NCBI GenBank assembly: GCA_963812135.1
Contig: CAWETU010000001.1
Coordinates: forward strand, 480,001-544,000
Direction: 5' to 3'
From: Vulcanimicrobiota bacterium
GTDB lineage: Bacteria; Vulcanimicrobiota; Vulcanimicrobiia; Eremiobacterales; Eremiobacteraceae
DNA length: 64,000 bases
Part shown: positions 20,083 to 29,202 of the stretch, one piece after another
Numbering within the stretch: position 1 is the stretch's first letter
How the letters are laid out: every line of letters starts with the position of its first letter
Made by a program: the position numbers and the translations under genes
Notes under the pieces: model-generated
What the model was told of the DNA's origin: nothing
Seen by the model: only the letters and a program-made list of their open reading frames with translations
Databases searched by the model: none

Positions 20083-20934
20083 TTAGAGCGTCGGCAATCC
20101 GGCGGCTTCTCTGACCGGGAACGCCGCATCGATGGCCTTGATCTCGTCGGGCGAGAGGCGCAGATCGCCCGCGGCCGCGTTCTCGCGCACGTGGGCTTCC
20201 GATTCGGCTTTCGGGATCGCGAACGTGCCCTCGAGGCGCGTGAGAAACGCGAGCGCCACCTGGCGCGCAGTCGCGCCCTGGCGCTGCGCGATTTTCCCAA
20301 GCATTTGGCCGTCGCGCGAGCGCGCAGACGGAAATTCACCGTGACCGAAGGGGCTGTAGGCCACGAGCGCGATGTCGTGCGCTTGGCAATATGGCAACAC
20401 GAACCGCTCCACATGCCGTTCTTGCAGATGATAGAGCACTTGGTTGCACACGATCGGGTGGCGCGTGAGCGCGGCCTGCGCTTCTTTCAGATCGTCGACG
20501 TCGAAGTTGCTCACGCCAAGCGCCCGGATCTTGCCCGTGTCGACGAGATGTTCCAGCGCTGACATGGTCTGCTCCAACGGGTAGCTGCCGCGCCAGTGCA
20601 GCAGATAGACGTCGAGAAAATCCAGGCCCAGCCGGCGCAGCGAACCCTCGCAGGCTTTGATCGTGCCTTCGTAGCTGGCATGCTGCGGCAAGACTTTGGA
20701 GACGACGAAGACGCTGTCGCGCGGCAGGCCGGCGATCGCTTCACCGACGATCTCCTCGGCGCGCCCGTCGCCGTACATCTCCGCTGTGTCGATGTGGGTC
20801 ATGCCCAGTTCGATGCCCAAACGCAGCGCATGCACTGCCCGGGCGGCGCTCGCGCCTGCCGCGTGCATTTGCCACGTCCCTTGGCCGATCACCGGGACTC
20901 GCCGTTCGAGGGGACCGAATTTTGAGGTTCGCAC
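20083..20934 (-). CDS. Aldo/keto reductase
   Basis: IGQGTW, IDTAEMYG, LDVYLLHW, GVSNF, AYSPFG, IPKA. Confidence 0.93.
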   Translation of the reverse strand: MRTSKFGPLERRVPVIGQGTWQMHAAGASAARAVHALRLGIELGMTHIDTAEMYGDGRAEEIVGEAIAGLPRDSVFVVSKVLPQHASYEGTIKACEGSLRRLGLDFLDVYLLHWRGSYPLEQTMSALEHLVDTGKIRALGVSNFDVDDLKEAQAALTRHPIVCNQVLYHLQERHVERFVLPYCQAHDIALVAYSPFGHGEFPSARSRDGQMLGKIAQRQGATARQVALAFLTRLEGTFAIPKAESEAHVRENAAAGDLRLSPDEIKAIDAAFPVREAAGLPTL

Positions 20935-20976
20935 CTCCCGCGCGTTCTTCGCGCCGTGCGCGTACCCTTGCCAAAT

Positions 20977-21013
20977 AAAAAACCGGGGCGTCTGCGGAGC
21001 GGCCCCGGTTTTG
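20977..21013 (-). terminator. Intrinsic terminator after the DUF1036-like gene
   Basis: AAAAACCGGGGC...GCCCCGGTTTT inverted repeat. Confidence 0.7.
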
Positions 21014-21026
21014 ATGGCAGGTTACG

Positions 21027-21443
21027 TTATTTAAACGTGTAGGTGAACGACTTGTAGTCGCCCGTGTCCACTTCTCGGAAGTCCTTGTATACGAACGGAC
21101 ACTTGTTCTGAGCGTTGTAAAGCGTGAACGGATCGTTCGGATTGACGCACATTTTGTAATCGCCCGGCCAGTGCCACGAATCGCCATCGTTCACGGCGTA
21201 TACGTAGACGTACTTGACCTTGAGGTCGCCGGCGATCGCCGTCTTGCACTGACCCGGATCCAGCGACCACCAGCCCTCGGAGATGAAGTAATCGTACTCC
21301 GACGAGTAGTAGGCCACCGCCGAGTTTATATGTTCTTTATAGTCGTTGCAGACTCGAAATGATGCCTTCGCCTGTGCGGGAGTGAACGCCACGGCGCCCA
21401 TAACAGCGATCGCCGCGGCGAGCAGTAACGCGTATCTAGTCAT
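21027..21443 (-). CDS. Secreted DUF1036-like protein
   Basis: Signal peptide; FRVCN...SEGWWSLDPGQC...YVYA...C...F.EVDTG. Confidence 0.75.
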   Translation of the reverse strand: MTRYALLLAAAIAVMGAVAFTPAQAKASFRVCNDYKEHINSAVAYYSSEYDYFISEGWWSLDPGQCKTAIAGDLKVKYVYVYAVNDGDSWHWPGDYKMCVNPNDPFTLYNAQNKCPFVYKDFREVDTGDYKSFTYTFK

Positions 21444-21675
21444 CCAACAGCTCTCCTCATTCGGTGCTATGGCCTAAGACCGCCGCGAGCACGGGCTTGT
21501 TACAGCGATCCAGGTCGACGCGGACGCGATTATGCAAGTGTGACCGGGTGCTTCTAAGCGAGAGTGCAAACCCGGACCGGCAGCGAACCGGACGCGTCAT
21601 ACCGCGCTGCTCGTCCTTTGGATTATCGGCGCTCCGCACCAAATCATGCAGGGGTCGTCCGGGGGAGATGCCGCG

Positions 21676-22641
21676 ATGAACGCGATCGTCGTCAAGCAAT
21701 TCGGCGGGCCAGAGGCGCTCTCGTATGAAGATATGCCGATTCCCAGCTTGGGAGCCGGCCAAGCGCTCGTTCGCATCGCGGCGACCGGCGTCAACTTCAT
21801 CGACGTCTACCATCGGATGGGCAAGTATGAGGGCGCGCCGCCGTTTATCTTGGGCAACGAGGCGGCCGGCGTCATCGAGGCGCTCGCGCCGGACGCGCGC
21901 GGTTTCAGAGTCGGCGACCGCGTCGCGTATTGCAACGTCCGGGGCAGTTATGCGGAGTACGCCGCCGTGCCGGTCGAACGGCTCGTGCCGGTGCCCAACA
22001 GCGTCGACGACCAGACCGCTGCCGCGGTGCTCCTGCAGGGCATGACCGCGCACTATCTGAGCCGGACCACCTACCCGCTTCGCAACGGAGACGACGCGCT
22101 CGTGCACGCGGCTGCCGGCGGCGTCGGCTTGCTCCTCACCCAAATGGCACGGCGCATCGGCGCGCGCGTGATCGCCACCGTGTCGACCGACGAGAAAGCC
22201 ACGCTTGCGCGCGAGGCCGGCGCCGACGACGTCATCCTCTACACAAAGCAAGACTTCGAAAGCGAGACCAAACGCCTCACCGCGGGTGCCGGCGTGCACG
22301 TCGTCTACGATTCCGTCGGCAAGACGACGTTCGAGAAAGGGCTCAACGTCTTGCGCCGGCGCGGCATGATGGTGAGTTTCGGGCAGTCGAGCGGCAACGC
22401 GCCGGCGATCGAGCCGCTGCGGTTGGTCAAGGGATCGCTGTTCTTGACGCGTCCGACGTTGATCGACTACGTGGCGACGACCGAAGAGCTGCGCGAGCGC
22501 GCCGCCGACGTCTTCGGCATGGTCGAACGGCACGAACTGCACGTGCGCGTCGCGCACGTGTACAAGCTCGCGGACGCCGCACAGGCGCACTGCGATCTCG
22601 AAGCGCGTAAGACGACCGGCAAGCTGATCCTACTCCCGTAA
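21676..22641 (+). CDS. qor: NADPH:quinone oxidoreductase (MDR family)
   Basis: GVNFID, LLQGMTAHYL, HAAAGGVG, VYDSVGK, GSLFLTRP, TTGKLIL. Confidence 0.92.
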   Translation: MNAIVVKQFGGPEALSYEDMPIPSLGAGQALVRIAATGVNFIDVYHRMGKYEGAPPFILGNEAAGVIEALAPDARGFRVGDRVAYCNVRGSYAEYAAVPVERLVPVPNSVDDQTAAAVLLQGMTAHYLSRTTYPLRNGDDALVHAAAGGVGLLLTQMARRIGARVIATVSTDEKATLAREAGADDVILYTKQDFESETKRLTAGAGVHVVYDSVGKTTFEKGLNVLRRRGMMVSFGQSSGNAPAIEPLRLVKGSLFLTRPTLIDYVATTEELRERAADVFGMVERHELHVRVAHVYKLADAAQAHCDLEARKTTGKLILLP

Positions 22642-22654
22642 CGCGCCCGCGGGG

Positions 22655-24295
22655 TCAGATCGCCCACTCCCAGGTGTTCCAGAACGGCGTCACGGCGTGC
22701 GCCGGCTTGTAGTTCTTGAAGTCCGTGTTGATGACGTCCATGCGACGCACGTACCAGATGATGATGAACGGCAACGCGTTGTTCATCTCTTCTTGCACGA
22801 TCGCGTAGTCGGCCTTGCGTTTGGCCTGATCGTACGTGCTAAGCGCATCCGCTTCTGCCGCATCGAGGCGCTTGCTGCAGAAATGGTAGACGTTCCAGCC
22901 CGCCGGCGGCGCCATCGTGCAGGTCACCAGGATCGAATCGTCCGGATCGATGCCGTTGGCCCACTCCTCGTAGGCGACATCGAACTTGCCGCTCTGCTCG
23001 ACGCCGCCGTTGGCGAGCGTCGCGTAGAGCTCATTCGACGGCCAATCCTTGATCTCGATATCCACGCCGACTTTGCGCCACTGCTGTTGGATCACCACTT
23101 GCGCGCCGCTCACCGTCGACGAACCGGTGAACCCCGTCATCCCCAGCTGCAGCGGTTTGCCGTCCTTGGCGCGCATGCCGTCGGAGCCGAGCTTCCAGCC
23201 GGCGGCGTCAAGCAAGGCCGCAGCCTTGCGCGGATCGTACGGATAGGTGGCCGCGTGGTCGTCGTGCGCCCACAAGAAATCGGGCTGATCCGTATCGCCT
23301 AACGCATTGACGCCGTGGCTCACCTTGTCGATCAGCTCTTTTCGATCGGTGGCATAGGCAAGCGCTTGGCGGACGCGCAGGTCGTCCAGCGGCGGGTGCG
23401 ACGCGTTGATGCCGATGTCCGCGTACTGCGTGAACGGGTAAATGATGATGCTCGTGCCCGGGATATGCTCGAGACTGGGCTTCAGGCCTTCGGTCGCCCG
23501 GTAGTAGAAATCGATCTGGTTGGATTCCAACAGCGTGAGGATGGTGTTGTCGTTGCCGACGATCTGCCATTCGATGCGCTTGAGCTTGGGCGGTCCGCGC
23601 CAGTAGAGCGGATTGGCGTCGAACGTGATATGCGAGCCGCGCACGTACTCCACGACTCGGAACGGCCCAGTGCCGACCGGCATCCGGTTATAGGCGACTC
23701 GGGTGAGATCGTGATATTGGGAGAGCAGGTGCTTGGGCAGCACGGCGACCGGGTTGTTGCTCATCGCAAAAAACATGTTCACGAACGGCGAGAAACGCTT
23801 CTTGAGATGCACCGCGATGGTGTGGTCGTCGCGCCTGTCGATGCGCGCGATGTCGTCAAAACCGAGGCGGCTGATGACGGGATTGTCGGGGTTGAGCTGC
23901 TGCTGCCAGGTGAAGATGACGTCATCGGCGCTAAACGGCGCGCCGTCCTGCCATTTGACGCCGGAGCGTAGGTGATACGTGATCGTGAGGCCGTCTTTGC
24001 TGATGCCGCCGTTGGCGAGCGTCGGGACTTGCGCAGCAAGCTCCGGCACGAGTTGGTTCTGGTCGTTCCAATTGAACAGATAACCGCCCCAGAACATCGA
24101 GAGGTCCTTGTCGATGACCTCAGTGCCGAGCATGGGATTGAGGTTGTCCGGCTCTTGACGGCTGGCGATGCGCAGCTCGCCCGGATGGGTCCACGCGTTG
24201 CCGCCGGTGCTTGCGCCCGTCTGGGTGCTGATCTTCGTGCAAGCGGACAGCGCGATCGCCACCACGACGAACGCAAAACGAAGCGGCGTCCTCAA
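22655..24295 (-). CDS. Peptide ABC transporter substrate-binding lipoprotein (family 5)
   Basis: TTG start overlapping the upstream stop; lipobox LSAC; WQDGAPFSADDV, PVGTGPF, VRQAL. Confidence 0.9.
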   Translation of the reverse strand: MRTPLRFAFVVVAIALSACTKISTQTGASTGGNAWTHPGELRIASRQEPDNLNPMLGTEVIDKDLSMFWGGYLFNWNDQNQLVPELAAQVPTLANGGISKDGLTITYHLRSGVKWQDGAPFSADDVIFTWQQQLNPDNPVISRLGFDDIARIDRRDDHTIAVHLKKRFSPFVNMFFAMSNNPVAVLPKHLLSQYHDLTRVAYNRMPVGTGPFRVVEYVRGSHITFDANPLYWRGPPKLKRIEWQIVGNDNTILTLLESNQIDFYYRATEGLKPSLEHIPGTSIIIYPFTQYADIGINASHPPLDDLRVRQALAYATDRKELIDKVSHGVNALGDTDQPDFLWAHDDHAATYPYDPRKAAALLDAAGWKLGSDGMRAKDGKPLQLGMTGFTGSSTVSGAQVVIQQQWRKVGVDIEIKDWPSNELYATLANGGVEQSGKFDVAYEEWANGIDPDDSILVTCTMAPPAGWNVYHFCSKRLDAAEADALSTYDQAKRKADYAIVQEEMNNALPFIIIWYVRRMDVINTDFKNYKPAHAVTPFWNTWEWAI

Positions 24296-25098
24296 TGGTG
24301 GTCCTTTCGCTTCGCGTCCGGGCGCGCGCGCAGCTCGTCGACGAGTTCGACGATCCCCTTGGCCGCCGCCGCGAGCAGCCGCTCCCCTTTTCGCGCGCTC
24401 GCTTTGGTGGGGTCGCCCATGACCCCCGTGTCCGAGATCGCGCTCCAGTGTTCCATCATCGCGAGAGGTCCATCGCCGGCCACGAGATCCGTCCAATAGT
24501 TCTTGGTAGGCCGGTGCGACAGTTCGCGAGCCGCCTTTGACATGTCGACGAGATCCGGCCGCAGCGCGAGATAGATCGATGTCTCGAATTCGCACGCGTG
24601 GTTCATGCCGCCGACCTTGTCGGACTCGCGCAAGCTCTCTGCGACCTCGTGGACGCCTGGCGCATTCCAATAGTTTACTGCTGCGGCCAAGGCGTGCGTC
24701 TCGACGACCGTCAGGCGGGCGATGATATCCACGAACGGCGTGTTGCTGCCATGTCCGTTGACGATCAAGATGCGGGAGAAACCGTGATGGGCGAGGCTGC
24801 GGCATACGTCGAGCCCGTAGGCGATGAAGGTCTGCCAGCCGATCGTGATCGGTCCGGGAAAGTCCATGTGGTGCGGCGTGTAGCCGTGATTGATCGCCGG
24901 CACGAGCACCGCTCGATCGGCGCACGCCGCCACGGCGCGCTCGCACACCGCGTTGCAGAGCAGCAAGTCGGTGTCGATCGGCAGATGCAACCCGTGGTCT
25001 TCGAGCACGGCGACCGGCACGACGGCGACCTTACGAGCGGCCACCGCCTCTTTGACTTGCGGCCATGTCAAAGAGCCGTAATGATATTCAGTGGGCAT
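24292..25098 (-). CDS. Creatininase family amidohydrolase
   Basis: EDHGLHLPIDTD, HHMDFPG, NGHGSN, HACEFETS, GDPT.AS..KG. Confidence 0.9.
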   Translation of the reverse strand: MPTEYHYGSLTWPQVKEAVAARKVAVVPVAVLEDHGLHLPIDTDLLLCNAVCERAVAACADRAVLVPAINHGYTPHHMDFPGPITIGWQTFIAYGLDVCRSLAHHGFSRILIVNGHGSNTPFVDIIARLTVVETHALAAAVNYWNAPGVHEVAESLRESDKVGGMNHACEFETSIYLALRPDLVDMSKAARELSHRPTKNYWTDLVAGDGPLAMMEHWSAISDTGVMGDPTKASARKGERLLAAAAKGIVELVDELRARPDAKRKDHH

Positions 25099-25156
25099 GG
25101 ACGCCCATTTTAGGTGCGTCGGCTGCAGAATCCCCCGCAGCGGGACAAATCGGCGC

Positions 25157-25185
25157 TTGACAGCTCGTCTCCCTGATGGTATATT
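25157..25185 (+). promoter_or_regulatory. Housekeeping sigma promoter of the YtrA-type operon
   Basis: TTGACA-17 nt-TATATT. Confidence 0.8.
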
Positions 25186-25192
25186 CACTATC

Positions 25193-25210
25193 GTACTAGT
25201 GAACTAGTAC
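25193..25210. promoter_or_regulatory. Putative GntR/YtrA operator
   Basis: Perfect inverted repeat GTACTAGT-GA-ACTAGTAC just downstream of the -10 box. Confidence 0.75.
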
Positions 25211-25237
25211 AACAGTAAACTAGGAAAGGAAAGGCAC

Positions 25238-25360
25238 ATGCTCACCAACCGCATCAACTCCAACGGCGTCGAGACGATTGACGATGTCAACCACCCCTTC
25301 GTACGCCTGCCCAACGCAAACACCGCCACGATGTTCCAAGGTTGGGGCCCGAGGATCTAA
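25238..25360 (+). CDS. Unannotated 40-aa peptide, first gene of the YtrA-type operon
   Basis: AGGAAAGGAAAGG then ATG; MLTNRINSNGVETIDDVNHPFVRLPNANTATMFQGWGPRI*; ends 5 nt before gntR. Confidence 0.7.
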   Translation: MLTNRINSNGVETIDDVNHPFVRLPNANTATMFQGWGPRI

Positions 25361-25365
25361 CTCCG

Positions 25366-25785
25366 ATGCCCGCAATCTTCACGGTCGACCCGCGCAGCGG
25401 AGTGCCGATCTACCTCCAGATCATGGAGCAGGTCAAGCGCTCTGTTGCGCTCGGTGTTCTTGCACCGGGCGAGCAGCTGCCCACCGTCAAGCAGCTCGCG
25501 GCCGACCTCGTCGTCAATGCCAACACCGTCGCGCGAGCCTATCGAGAGCTCGAGCGCGATGGCGTCATCGAAACCATGGCCGGCCGGGGCTCGTTCATCG
25601 CCGGCACCGGTTCCGTCGCCGGCGCGAAGCGCGCTGTCGCTGACGTCGCCGATCAAGCGATCGCGCAAGCCGTCCGCGAGGGCAAATCCATGGGCCTGTC
25701 GCGCGACGAGATGAAAGTTTTGTTCGAGCACGTGCTCGACCGCTGGTATCCACACGATGCGTCAGAGGAGAACGCAGCATCATGA
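25366..25785 (+). CDS. GntR family regulator, YtrA subfamily
   Basis: PIYLQI, LPTVKQLAADLVVNANTVARAYRELE, GRGSF; short C-terminus. Confidence 0.93.
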   Translation: MPAIFTVDPRSGVPIYLQIMEQVKRSVALGVLAPGEQLPTVKQLAADLVVNANTVARAYRELERDGVIETMAGRGSFIAGTGSVAGAKRAVADVADQAIAQAVREGKSMGLSRDEMKVLFEHVLDRWYPHDASEENAAS

Positions 25786-26708
25786 TGATCGAAAACACAC
25801 CGATGATCTCAGTCAAAGGTCTGACCAAAGCATACGGCTCGACGGTCGCGGCAGACGATGTGTCATTCGCAATCGACAAAGGTTCGATCTTCGGCTTGCT
25901 CGGCACGAACGGCGCCGGCAAGACGACGACCTTCAAATGCGCGTTGGGCTTGGCGTTTCCAAACGCCGGCACGGTGCGCTTCGACGGCGAGTCTTTGCGG
26001 CCAGAGCTGTTCGAACGAATCTCGTACGTGCCGGAGCGCAACGCGCTCTACGGTTGGATGACCGGCCGCGACCATCTTGAGCTGACCAAGCGGTCGTTTC
26101 GCCGGTACGACGCAGCGCGAGCGCAAGCACTGCTGGACCTCTTCGCCTTCGACATCAAGAAGAAGGTGAAGAATCTCTCCAAAGGCCAGCAGAGCGCGCT
26201 CGCGCTGACGATGGCGTTCGCTACCCGGCCCGACATCCTCGTGCTCGACGAGCCGTCGAGCGGGCTGGATCCGGTGCATCAGCGCCACGTGCTCGACTTG
26301 ATGATCGACGCGGCGGCAGGCGGCGCGACGATCCTGTTCAGCTCGCACCAGATCGGTCAGGTCGAACGCGCGGCGGACCATGTCGCGATCATGCACAAGG
26401 GCAAGATCGTGCTACAGGGCGACGTCGAGGAGCTGCGGGCGGGCGAGAAGGTCGTCGAAGCGACGTTCGACGGCGACGCGCCTGCGATCGCCGCACTCGA
26501 CTCCGATCCGCACGTGCGCCGCATAATGCGCCAGGGGCGCATCTTGCGCGCGTATATCCGCGACGGCGGCAACGGTGTGGCCAAGATGATCGATGCGGCC
26601 AAACCCGTGAGCCTGCGCGTGCTCAACCAGAACCTGGAAGACATCTTCCTCGCGGCGGTCGGCGACGATTCGGCCAACGCGATGGCGGCGCTCAACCGGG
26701 AGAACTGA
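25782..26708 (+). CDS. ABC transporter ATP-binding protein
   Basis: GTNGAGKTT, LSKGQ, LDEP, SSH. Confidence 0.95.
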   Translation: MMIENTPMISVKGLTKAYGSTVAADDVSFAIDKGSIFGLLGTNGAGKTTTFKCALGLAFPNAGTVRFDGESLRPELFERISYVPERNALYGWMTGRDHLELTKRSFRRYDAARAQALLDLFAFDIKKKVKNLSKGQQSALALTMAFATRPDILVLDEPSSGLDPVHQRHVLDLMIDAAAGGATILFSSHQIGQVERAADHVAIMHKGKIVLQGDVEELRAGEKVVEATFDGDAPAIAALDSDPHVRRIMRQGRILRAYIRDGGNGVAKMIDAAKPVSLRVLNQNLEDIFLAAVGDDSANAMAALNREN

Positions 26709-26709
26709 G

Positions 26710-27483
26710 ATGTACTACAAGGAGTGGCTCTGCGTTCGCCGTTATCTGATCGTGTTGACGATCGGGTTGGTGGCGCTGCTCGGTATCGTCGCGCTCGTCG
26801 GCGCCGTGACCGCGCTCGACAGCGCTGGGGGGCACACGCACGCGACGCAGCCGCAGGGCATGACCGGCGTCATCGATTTCTTTGGAACCACCGCGCTGAT
26901 CGTCGGGGGTCTCATGGCGACGGTGCTCGGCTCAGCGCTCTCGAGGGAAAACGACGGCCATCTCGAGGCGGCGTGGACCAAACCTCATTCGCGCACGGAC
27001 TACGCGACGGCCGTCATGCTTGTCGACGCGGCCGGCATCGCGATCGCCATCCTCATCGGGCTCGTCGTGCACGCCCTCATCCATGGCGCCCTGCGCGCAC
27101 CGATCTCGCTCGCCGGCGCTTCGACGATGGCGGGCGATCTCGTGCGCTTCGGGCTCTTCCCGTTCGCGTGGTACGCGGTCATCGTAGCGCTGAGCGCGCG
27201 CGTGCGCGGCGGCGGGCTCGTGCAAGGTCTCGTCTGGCCCATCGGCCTGATCCTGCTCGGCTTGCACGAGATCCCCTTAGGGCCTGTGTGGCAAGGTTTG
27301 ACGGGGCTGCTCAATCTGGTCAACCCTTTGACGTACATACAGTACCACGAAACCGGATACTCGCTCCTGACGACAGGCGGCGGCAGCATGGCCTCGGCGT
27401 TCACCGCCGATGTCGCGCTAGCGCTGTTGGTCGTCGGCGGCTGGGCGCTGGCGACCATGCAGTGGCGCCGGATGGAGGCGTAG
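26710..27483 (+). CDS. ABC transporter membrane subunit, paralog 1
   Basis: Multi-TM; SRENDGHLEAAWTKP; ends WRRMEA. Confidence 0.8.
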   Translation: MYYKEWLCVRRYLIVLTIGLVALLGIVALVGAVTALDSAGGHTHATQPQGMTGVIDFFGTTALIVGGLMATVLGSALSRENDGHLEAAWTKPHSRTDYATAVMLVDAAGIAIAILIGLVVHALIHGALRAPISLAGASTMAGDLVRFGLFPFAWYAVIVALSARVRGGGLVQGLVWPIGLILLGLHEIPLGPVWQGLTGLLNLVNPLTYIQYHETGYSLLTTGGGSMASAFTADVALALLVVGGWALATMQWRRMEA

Positions 27484-27493
27484 GAGAAGCACG

Positions 27494-28270
27494 ATGTACT
27501 ATTTCGAACAACTGCGGGTCCGCAATTCGTTGATCTGGCTGATCGTCACGCTTGCCATCATGCTTGGCATCATCGCGCTAGTCAACGCGCTCGCGCCGCA
27601 TGGGCATGTGAACGTTTCGGTCGGCGACGATCCCCACACGACCCCATCGGAACCGACCACCCTCATCGAGCTGCTCGGCGCCGCGTCGCTGCTCGTAGGC
27701 GGCATCATGGCGACGATCTTCGGCAACTCGCTTGCGAGAGAGAACGACGGCCATCTCGAGGTGGCCTGGACGAAGCCCGTTTCTCGCACGACGTACGCGA
27801 CCGCGGTGATGCTCGTCGATGGCGTCGGGCTCTTGCTGTCAGTGGTTCTCGGGTTCATCGCGCTCGTGCTGATCCTGATCGACGTGCGGTCGCCGATCGC
27901 GTTCAGCGTCCCACCCTCGAGTCTGATGGACATCGCACGCTTCATGCTCTTCCCGTTGGCATGGTACGCGCTCATCGTCGCGCTCAGCGCACGCTTGCGC
28001 GGTGGCGGGGTCGTCCAGGGGCTGATCTGGCCGATCTCGTTGGGCCTCACCGCTATTGCAGCGGCTCCGCTTCCTCCGGTCTGGCATGCGCTCGCAAAGA
28101 TCATCAGCTTCTTGAACCCGCTGACGTATCTCCAATATCACGCGAACGATTTCTCGCTGGTGACGAGCACCATCATGGCACCGGCGCTGCTGAGCGTCAT
28201 CGCACTCGCGGTGTTCGTGATCGGCGGCTGGGCATTTGCGACCTCGCAATGGCGCCGCATGGAGGCCTAG
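27494..28270 (+). CDS. ABC transporter membrane subunit, paralog 2
   Basis: Multi-TM; ARENDGHLEVAWTKP; ends WRRMEA. Confidence 0.8.
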   Translation: MYYFEQLRVRNSLIWLIVTLAIMLGIIALVNALAPHGHVNVSVGDDPHTTPSEPTTLIELLGAASLLVGGIMATIFGNSLARENDGHLEVAWTKPVSRTTYATAVMLVDGVGLLLSVVLGFIALVLILIDVRSPIAFSVPPSSLMDIARFMLFPLAWYALIVALSARLRGGGVVQGLIWPISLGLTAIAAAPLPPVWHALAKIISFLNPLTYLQYHANDFSLVTSTIMAPALLSVIALAVFVIGGWAFATSQWRRMEA

Positions 28271-28280
28271 GAGACTGACG

Positions 28281-29060
28281 ATGTTCTACGTAGAGCAACT
28301 TCGAGTCCGCAACGGACTTATCTGGACCGGCGTGGGCCTGGGGGCGATCCTTCTGGTGACGCTCGCACTGGCGGCCGGCTGCCCGTCGCTCGTCGGCTCA
28401 CGCGGATGCGAGCCCATAGATATCAGCAATACCCAGGCTGTGCTCGCGATCATCGGCTACGCAGCGGCCATTACCGCCGCGATTTTCGGCTCGATCTTCG
28501 GCTCGAGCCTGGCGATCGAGAACGACGGCCATCTCGAGATCGCGTGGACGAGGCCCATCAGCCGGACCAGCAACGCGCTTGGCAAGTTGCTCATCGACGT
28601 CGCCGCGATCGTCACCGTCTTCGTGCTCTGCTACGCGACCGGATGGCTGGTCGTCAGCCTGCTCGGCGACCACCCGTTCAACCCCGCGTACGACAGCGCG
28701 TCGTTGCTGAAGGTCGCGCGCTTCCTCGCGTTTCCACTGGCATGGTTCGGGTTGACGCAAGCGCTCACAGCGGGAATCAAAGGCAGCTGGTTCGGCGCGA
28801 TCGTCGGACCGTTGTGGCCCGTGTGCCAAGGGCTCTTCGCGGTCGGACTCTTGCCGCTGCCGGCGACATGGCATAAGATCTGGCAGATCGCGAACATCCC
28901 GAATCCCATCGCGTACTTCCCGTTTTGGGTGTTCGACGAAAACGTCTTCCACGTGTACCAATTCGGATACGGCGTGGTGCTCGACGTCATCGCGCTCGCC
29001 GCGATCGCGACCATCGGCATCACCCTTGCAACACTGCGCTGGCGGCGCTTGGAGGCCTAG
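28281..29060 (+). CDS. ABC transporter membrane subunit, paralog 3
   Basis: AGGAG then ATG 28281; AIENDGHLEIAWTRP; ends WRRLEA. Confidence 0.8.
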   Translation: MFYVEQLRVRNGLIWTGVGLGAILLVTLALAAGCPSLVGSRGCEPIDISNTQAVLAIIGYAAAITAAIFGSIFGSSLAIENDGHLEIAWTRPISRTSNALGKLLIDVAAIVTVFVLCYATGWLVVSLLGDHPFNPAYDSASLLKVARFLAFPLAWFGLTQALTAGIKGSWFGAIVGPLWPVCQGLFAVGLLPLPATWHKIWQIANIPNPIAYFPFWVFDENVFHVYQFGYGVVLDVIALAAIATIGITLATLRWRRLEA

Positions 29061-29064
29061 GATA

Positions 29065-29154
29065 ATGCAACTCGCGGCCACACGACTTGAAATGCGGCTT
29101 GGACCGCTCGTCTTGCGCGTCAACTTCGCCCTCGAGGAGAACATCGAGGACTAG
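29065..29154 (+). CDS. Possible 29-aa micro-protein ending the ABC operon
   Basis: GGAGG 9 nt upstream; MQLAATRLEMRLGPLVLRVNFALEENIED*. Confidence 0.4.
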   Translation: MQLAATRLEMRLGPLVLRVNFALEENIED

Positions 29155-29202
29155 GCCCGGGCTTTAGTTAACCTTAACCATTCCTTGCTAGCCTAGGACC
29201 AA

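Noticed and set aside
21444..21675. Possible CIRCE or c-di-GMP riboswitch in the 230-bp spacer (GAGTGCAAA, GCAAACC...GGACGC)
   Set aside because: Only half a CIRCE; no GNRA stem or GCAAAG element of the riboswitch
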